Part shown: one piece after another, positions 30,500 through 35,895 of the stretch
How the letters are laid out: each line of letters opens with the position of its first letter
Position numbering within the stretch: the first letter of the stretch is position 1
Assembly: GCA_963728565.1 (NCBI GenBank)
Contig: CAVSLC010000008.1
Coordinates: forward strand, 1 to 35,895
Length of the DNA stretch: 35,895 nt
Direction: 5' to 3'
DNA from: an uncultured delta proteobacterium
Lineage (GTDB): Bacteria; Desulfobacterota; Binatia; UBA9968
The notes under the pieces: generated by a model
Told to the model about the DNA's origin: nothing
The model's input: only the letters and a program-made list of their open reading frames with translations
The model's database searches: none
Made by a program: the position numbers and the translations under genes

Positions 30500-32542
30500 T
30501 TACTTGCGGACCAAGCGCACGTCCACCGCGGCTACGCCGTGACCCTGGGCCCGCACCATCAAAGGATTAATTTCTAGATCCGTTAGATGATTGCGATGCG
30601 CGGCAAAAATATCCGACAAGCCGACCATCGCTTTAACCAGCGCGTCAGCATCCCGCGGGCCTTGCCCGCGAACACCCTGGAGCACTTTGAAGCCGCGAAG
30701 CTCTTGCAACATCCGGCGTGCTTCTCCTTCATCGACCGGCAGCAGGCGAATCGCGACATCTTTCAGCACTTCGACGAGAATGCCGCCGAGCCCGACCATC
30801 AAAAACGGACCGTATTGCGGATCCGTCGCGCTCCCAGCAGCACCTCCGTGCCCTGCAGCATTTCCTGAATGAGCAGATGGCCTTTGCCTAGCGTTTTGGA
30901 TAGAAGCTTCTGTCCCTCAGCGACCACTTCCTCGGCAGTCTTCAGACCCAATACCACCGCACCGGATTCGGTCTTATGGACGATCTCCGCCGCGACCAAC
31001 TTCAACGCCACCGGAAAGCCAATCTCTTTTGACTTCAATCCCGCTTCGGCCGCCGTCCCTACGAGAAACTGCTTCGGCAAGCCGATGCCGCAGCTCTGCA
31101 ACAGGGCATTGAATTTGTCGCCCTCCAGGTCTTCGGGTTTGCCGTTGGCGTCCGGCAGAGTCGGCACACCGAGCCGTTTGCGTTCGCCGTATAAACCCAA
31201 GCCCGCGAGCGCTCGCAGTGTCGGCTTGATCGCTTGCAGAAATGGTATCCCAGCTTGCTCCTGAAAAGTTCGGCTCTCGTCGGTACAACTGTAGGTCGAG
31301 CGCGCAAAAGCGAGGATCGGTTTATCAGTCGCGGCGGCAAGATTTTTGAACAAGGTCGCTTCCCTTTTTCTGGAAAGCGCGGCAACTCGCCGTGAATCGC
31401 AAGTAAATCGACACCGTCATCCTCGGCATGCAGCTTCACGATATTGATGAAGCCCTGCTCATCGCCAAAACCGGCAACGCCGCATTCCACGGATTTCGAC
31501 CGCCAGCTCCGGCGGGATCAGCGGGCGCACCGCCTCTTTGGTCTTTCACTCAGTTGGCTAAATTGGTGTTCAGTTCTTCGGCGTGATCGCAGATCAGGCC
31601 TTTCATCCCCCCAAGTTGACAACGATCGCGGCGCAACTGCCGCTCGGATAACGGCCGGCCATGAAGGCTAAGGTCATTTCCGTAAGATCTTCCAAAGTCC
31701 GGCACCGTATCAGGGCAAGCGGTTGCACACCGCGTCAAATACTTCATCAGCTCCAGCCAAAGCTCCCGTATGCGAAATCGCTTGCCGTTTGCCCATTTCC
31801 GAGCGCCCAAGCTTGACCAGAAAATCGGCTTGTTCTTGTTGAGAGCCTCACGCGCAACAGCCATGAATTCATTAAGGCGGCGGATTCCCTCCGCCATCAG
31901 CAGGATAACATCGGTCACCGGGTCGTCCACCATAAACGAAAATAATCCACAAGGTCGAGGCTGATTTCATTACCGCGAGAAACCGCGTAGCTAAAACCAA
32001 TGCCGCGCTCGGTCGCGCCCTTAATCCAATTCCCCAATGAATCGCCACTCTGAAAAATCAGAACCACAGGACCTTTCTTTAGCAATGGCGTCGAAGTAGG
32101 AAACGTCCGAGGCCTTCGCATAGAGAGTACCAGCCCATGCAATTTGGCCCGCAAATGACAAAACCGGTGCGCTCACACAAATCCTTCATCGCCTGGGCGC
32201 GTTCCTTACCCATAGGATCGTCGCCTTCGCCAAATCCTGCAGTAAGACCGTGGCTGATTTGGTGCCGAGTTTCGTCGCCTCTTCCAAAGTGCCCAACACG
32301 GCTCGGGTCGGAATCAAAATCAGCAGTTCCTCGGGGACGTCGGGCAGCGCAGCGAGATTCGGATAACAAGGATAGTTTTCAATCTCCTGATAATTAGGAT
32401 TGATCAAAGAGATTTTCCCCTTGTAGGCTTTCTTTAGATTGCGCAAAATTTCCATCGGCCAACGCCCTTTTGGTGATGCCCCGACAATGGCTACTGATTT
32501 GGCAGAGAACATTTTTGACCGGTCTGCGCTGGAATAAGTCAT
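30500..32542 (-). pseudogene. Acetate/acyl--CoA ligase (ADP-forming) family, fused alpha-beta type, fragmented by about 10 frameshifts
   Basis: Collinear fragments across frames: [28 protein letters not shown] (catalytic His), GFPVALK, HKTESG, DPQYGP, GLGGILVEVLKD, DLEINPL. Confidence 0.85.
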
Positions 32543-32669
32543 ACAAATTCCTTGTTAGGTTAAATTAGATTTTCCTATCTCATGTTCTAAACGTTGCTGC
32601 AACACAGGTGAAATGATGGCGCTGTGTCAACCGCGCATCAGCGGAAGGAAAGCACTGCGATCTGGACGC

Positions 32670-33241
32670 CTAGTTGGTAAAAGCCTGGTTTTTCAAAAAC
32701 GCGTCGGCATCATTCGCGCTAAAAAAAACTAGTCGAACTTCATCGATCGAAGCATTAGATCCGAGAAATTTTTCAATCGTCTCGGATGACACTTTGGCTG
32801 CTTCACTGAGCGGATAACCATAGATACCGGTGGACACCACGGGGAAGGCGATTGTCTTGAGTCCGTGCTCTACGGCTAGGCGGAGACAATTTCGGTAACA
32901 TGACGCCAGCAATTCTGCCTTGTCACCGCCTCCTCTTCCGTAAACCGGACCTACCGTATGAATGACATGCTTGGCAGGCATTCTGCCGGCCGTGGTAATG
33001 ACAGCCTCTCCGGTGGGCAGCCCTTCGGAAATTGTTTCTTTCGGATTTCTTTACATTGTTTCAGGATCTCTGGACCGCCCGCTCGGTGAATTGCGCCATC
33101 GACGCCGCCGCCACCCATCAAAGTGCCATTGGCGGCATTGACGATCGCGTTTACCTGTTCTTTGGTGATGTCGCCGATCTTCACCGCAACTGGAGCGTTG
33201 AGAAAAGTTTGCAAAATCTCCATCAATTTTGATCCGGCCAT
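32670..33241 (-). pseudogene. Macrodomain O-acetyl-ADP-ribose deacetylase (YmdB-like), one frameshift
   Basis: [27 protein letters not shown], then VIHTVGP and STGIYGYP in the next frame. Adding one G to the G3 run at 33021-33023 restores [14 protein letters not shown]. Confidence 0.82.
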
Positions 33242-33334
33242 CGACGAGCAGCTAAACGAAACTTTTCCCGGTGCGAGAATCGCGAAAAAAGCGCTTTACG
33301 CAGCCGGCGAGTTGTCCATCAGCGGAGCGAATAA

Positions 33335-35023
33335 TCAATCCCGTGGCGGCGGGGTGTTGCGCAATACTTGTCCGGGATAGGCGCCTGTGGCCGCGCCGTT
33401 CTCGATCACCACTTCTCCATTGACCACCGTGTGATGCACTCCGGTTGCGCGTTGGATCATTCGCCTCTCGTTGCCTGGTAGATCTTGGACGTACTCAGGG
33501 GCGACTGTGTTGACGGTCTTGGGGTCGAACACCGCGATGTCGGCTGCGAGTCCCGATCTCAACAGACCCCGGTCGCGCAAACCGAATATCGACGCCACAT
33601 GAAAGGTCAGCTTCGAGACCGCTTCCTCCAAGCTCATAATCCCGTTGTCGCGCACCCAGCGACCCAAAAAGGTCGTGCAGTAGCCGAACCTGGCATCATA
33701 GCCCATGTGCGCGCCGGCGTCGGATTGACCGACGATGACAAACGGATTTTTGAGGATCTCACAGACCGCTTTGGGATCTCCTTGCGTGGTCACGTGCGAG
33801 AAACGGGTTTCGAGATTCTCTTCCAATGCGAGATCCAGGAACACATCCATGGGGTCTTTTCCCTTGCTCCGCGCAATCTCCTCGAGAGTTCGGCCCTGCA
33901 GAGTCTTATTCTTCGGCAGTTTCGCTTCATCGACATAGATGACGTCCCAACGCTTGGGGAAAACCGATGGCTCCGGCGAATTTACCTCGGCGCGCATTTT
34001 TTGCCGCGCTTCGGGGTCGGCAAAAATCTTCTGCCTCTGCTCCACCGGCATAAACATCGCGGCGCGCCAAGTAGGAAACTCATCGAAGCATTGCGCATCG
34101 AGCAGGGTATAGCGGTTCTCGAACGGTTTGGCCTGAGTCATCGCAAAGATCGGCAATCCCTCGTCACGGAAAACTCTGGCAGTGGATTCAAGCATGCCTT
34201 TCCAATGATCGGGCCGCGTCCAACTATGGCTGATGCTCTGCCACAACACCGGCCGGCCGGTGGCGCGCGCCAGCTCGGATGCATAGGCAATTCGTCCACG
34301 CGCGTCCACACCGCCCCCGCTCAACTGAATCACGCCGGTATTCATATCCCCAAGAACTTCGAGCAAGGCCAAGAGCTCTTGATTGGAGGCTACCCGGCTA
34401 GCTACAGGCTTGCCGTCTTCCCGCATGTGGCGGGGGTTCTGATTGGTTGAAAAGCCGACGGCGCCCGCGATCATGCCGTTGCGCACCAACTGCTGCATCT
34501 GGGCGATTTCTTCCGGTCTCGCTTCACGCTCAACCGCGTCTTCTCCCATCACGTAGTGACGCACAGCGATGTGGCCGATCAGCGCCGCGACATTGATACC
34601 CAGACGGGTGCCAAGCACATCCAGGTATTCGCCGGTGGATACCCACTTCCAGTCGATTCCCTCTTCGAGAACTCTGCGGCTAATAGCTTCGACCCGAACA
34701 AAACTTTTGATCACCGCCTCGCGGCCCTCCGGCTTGCATGGCGCCAGGCTCAGACCGCAATTTCCCACCACCGACGAGGTCACGCCATGAAAACACGACG
34801 AAGTGCCTAAAGGATCCCAGAGCAACTGCGCGTCGAGATGCGTATGCGGATCGATGAATCCAGGCGTCACCGCCAGGCCTTCGACATTCAAGGTACGTTT
34901 GGCCGTCCCATTGAGACGGCCGATTGCGGCGATCTTTCCTCCCGCCACCGCGACATCGCCGGTGAAGCTGGGCATGCCGGAACCGTCATAAATTCTTCCA
35001 CCCTTGAGCAAAAGATCGAACAT
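33335..35023 (-). CDS. Amidohydrolase, N-acyl-D-amino-acid deacylase family
   Basis: PGFIDPHTHLDAQLLWDP, GVT..VVGNCG, SDAGAH, DRGLL..GLAADIAVFD; AAGGAG RBS. Confidence 0.92.
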   Translation of the reverse strand: MFDLLLKGGRIYDGSGMPSFTGDVAVAGGKIAAIGRLNGTAKRTLNVEGLAVTPGFIDPHTHLDAQLLWDPLGTSSCFHGVTSSVVGNCGLSLAPCKPEGREAVIKSFVRVEAISRRVLEEGIDWKWVSTGEYLDVLGTRLGINVAALIGHIAVRHYVMGEDAVEREARPEEIAQMQQLVRNGMIAGAVGFSTNQNPRHMREDGKPVASRVASNQELLALLEVLGDMNTGVIQLSGGGVDARGRIAYASELARATGRPVLWQSISHSWTRPDHWKGMLESTARVFRDEGLPIFAMTQAKPFENRYTLLDAQCFDEFPTWRAAMFMPVEQRQKIFADPEARQKMRAEVNSPEPSVFPKRWDVIYVDEAKLPKNKTLQGRTLEEIARSKGKDPMDVFLDLALEENLETRFSHVTTQGDPKAVCEILKNPFVIVGQSDAGAHMGYDARFGYCTTFLGRWVRDNGIMSLEEAVSKLTFHVASIFGLRDRGLLRSGLAADIAVFDPKTVNTVAPEYVQDLPGNERRMIQRATGVHHTVVNGEVVIENGAATGAYPGQVLRNTPPPRD

Positions 35024-35106
35024 GCTGTCTCCTTGAATGGATCGTTAGCGACTAAATAGGTGATCGATTTAGCTCAAAACTTGGTTTATCGATCTCAGTA
35101 TCGATG

Positions 35107-35846
35107 CTATGCCTCAGGCAAAAGTCCGTTTTCTTTCAATACCGGCATTAATTCATCATGGCTGTGAATCAGAATCTTCGGTCTAGCAGCCATCAAGGTC
35201 TCTTCATCGTTGTAGGAGTATCCATTGGAGAGCGCAATCGTGACGACTTCGAGATGATTGCCCGCGACTTTACACCCACCCACATTGTTCCCCGCGCGAA
35301 TATAGGATGCAGTTCCAGTGAGTAAGACAAGTCTTAAGCTCGGCAGCTTGTGCTCTCTGAACAGATAGTACAGCCCCTGTTCTTTCGCATAGTAGGTCTC
35401 GTCGCGATCAACGATTTCAGCGAAGTATTTGCCAATGCCGAAAGTCTCCATCGCGTGATGTTGATATCTTCGTCCACCCGTGGTCAATAGCACATTGCGC
35501 AGCCCGGCGCCCTGAGTGCTTTTCAGCGATTCCTCGATTCCAGGAACGAAATTCGGAGGTTTGGTGTCGAAGCTGTGTTTCCGGGCGATCTCCAGCGCCT
35601 GGGTGCGTATCTCCAGGCGTTTTTTTCATTGAAGATTATGTTGGCGTCCGCTTTGTACTCATCGGCGAAAACCAAAGGGATCAAAAATAAATCGAAAGGG
35701 CCGTCGGCAATCTTACGCAGCCTTTCAAACGGCAGCGGATGAAGTCCATACTTGGGCAGAATCTCCGTGGTGATTGTGAGAACCCTTTGAATGTCGGTCT
35801 CCACCGTATCGGACATTGTCCTAACCAAAAATGTCACGGTTCCCAT
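35107..35846 (-). CDS. HAD-fold-like protein lacking catalytic aspartates; split by one frameshift in an A7 run
   Basis: GGAGG RBS and ATG at 35846. An A8 instead of A7 at 35620-35626 joins the frames, giving VPGIEESLK...GLRNVLLTTG...GIGKYFAEIV..AKEQG...AARPKILIHSHDEL, resembling Gph-type HAD hydrolases. Confidence 0.6.
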
Positions 35847-35895
35847 GGGATGCCTCCAGACAAGCGATACTATTCGAAGCCAAATGAGCTGGCAA

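Noticed and set aside
33485-34450. Long alternative-frame ORFs (33485-34450, 15705-16343, 25012-25590, 26288-26839 and similar)
   Set aside because: Shadows of well-supported genes in GC-rich DNA, with no motifs of their own.
29590-35626. Programmed ribosomal frameshifting in the TPM, macrodomain and HAD-like genes
   Set aside because: These families are not known to use it, no stimulatory structures were evident, and clustering with other indels favours error or decay.

Overview
Bacterial chromosomal window, probably Candidatus Binatia / Deltaproteobacteria-like (inferred only from gene content: glnS-gltX-tRNA cluster, rplU-rpmA-obg-proB-proA-nadD-rsfS-gpmI, NitT/TauT permease, N-acyl-D-amino-acid deacylase and acyl-CoA ligase families). 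The core backbone holds translation, proline, NAD, glycolysis and methionine genes (an ArsR-methyltransferase of SahR type coupled to metH). Two accessory signalling modules stand out. (1) 1-4455: a small Xis/BldC-like HTH gene preceded by a 10-bp-periodic direct-repeat array, then a stand-alone FabF-type ketosynthase, then a 7TM-GAF histidine kinase that is absent from the ORF track because it runs off the window. These face a divergent FadL-family lipid channel, and an AT-rich fatty-acid desaturase lies about 4 kb away. This is a candidate lipid-signal synthase/receptor (quorum-sensing-like) cassette. (2) 9893-13032: a C-terminal-domain-only MetE-like Zn protein translationally coupled (TGATG) to a soluble PAS-PAS hybrid kinase, directly downstream of metH. 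This is a candidate enzyme-as-sensor thiol/methionine signalling system. The right-hand 6 kb carries many single-base frameshifts (TPM protein, acyl-CoA ligase, macrodomain, HAD-fold protein), which are either long-read errors or gene decay. No CRISPR, rRNA, transposase or integrase was seen.
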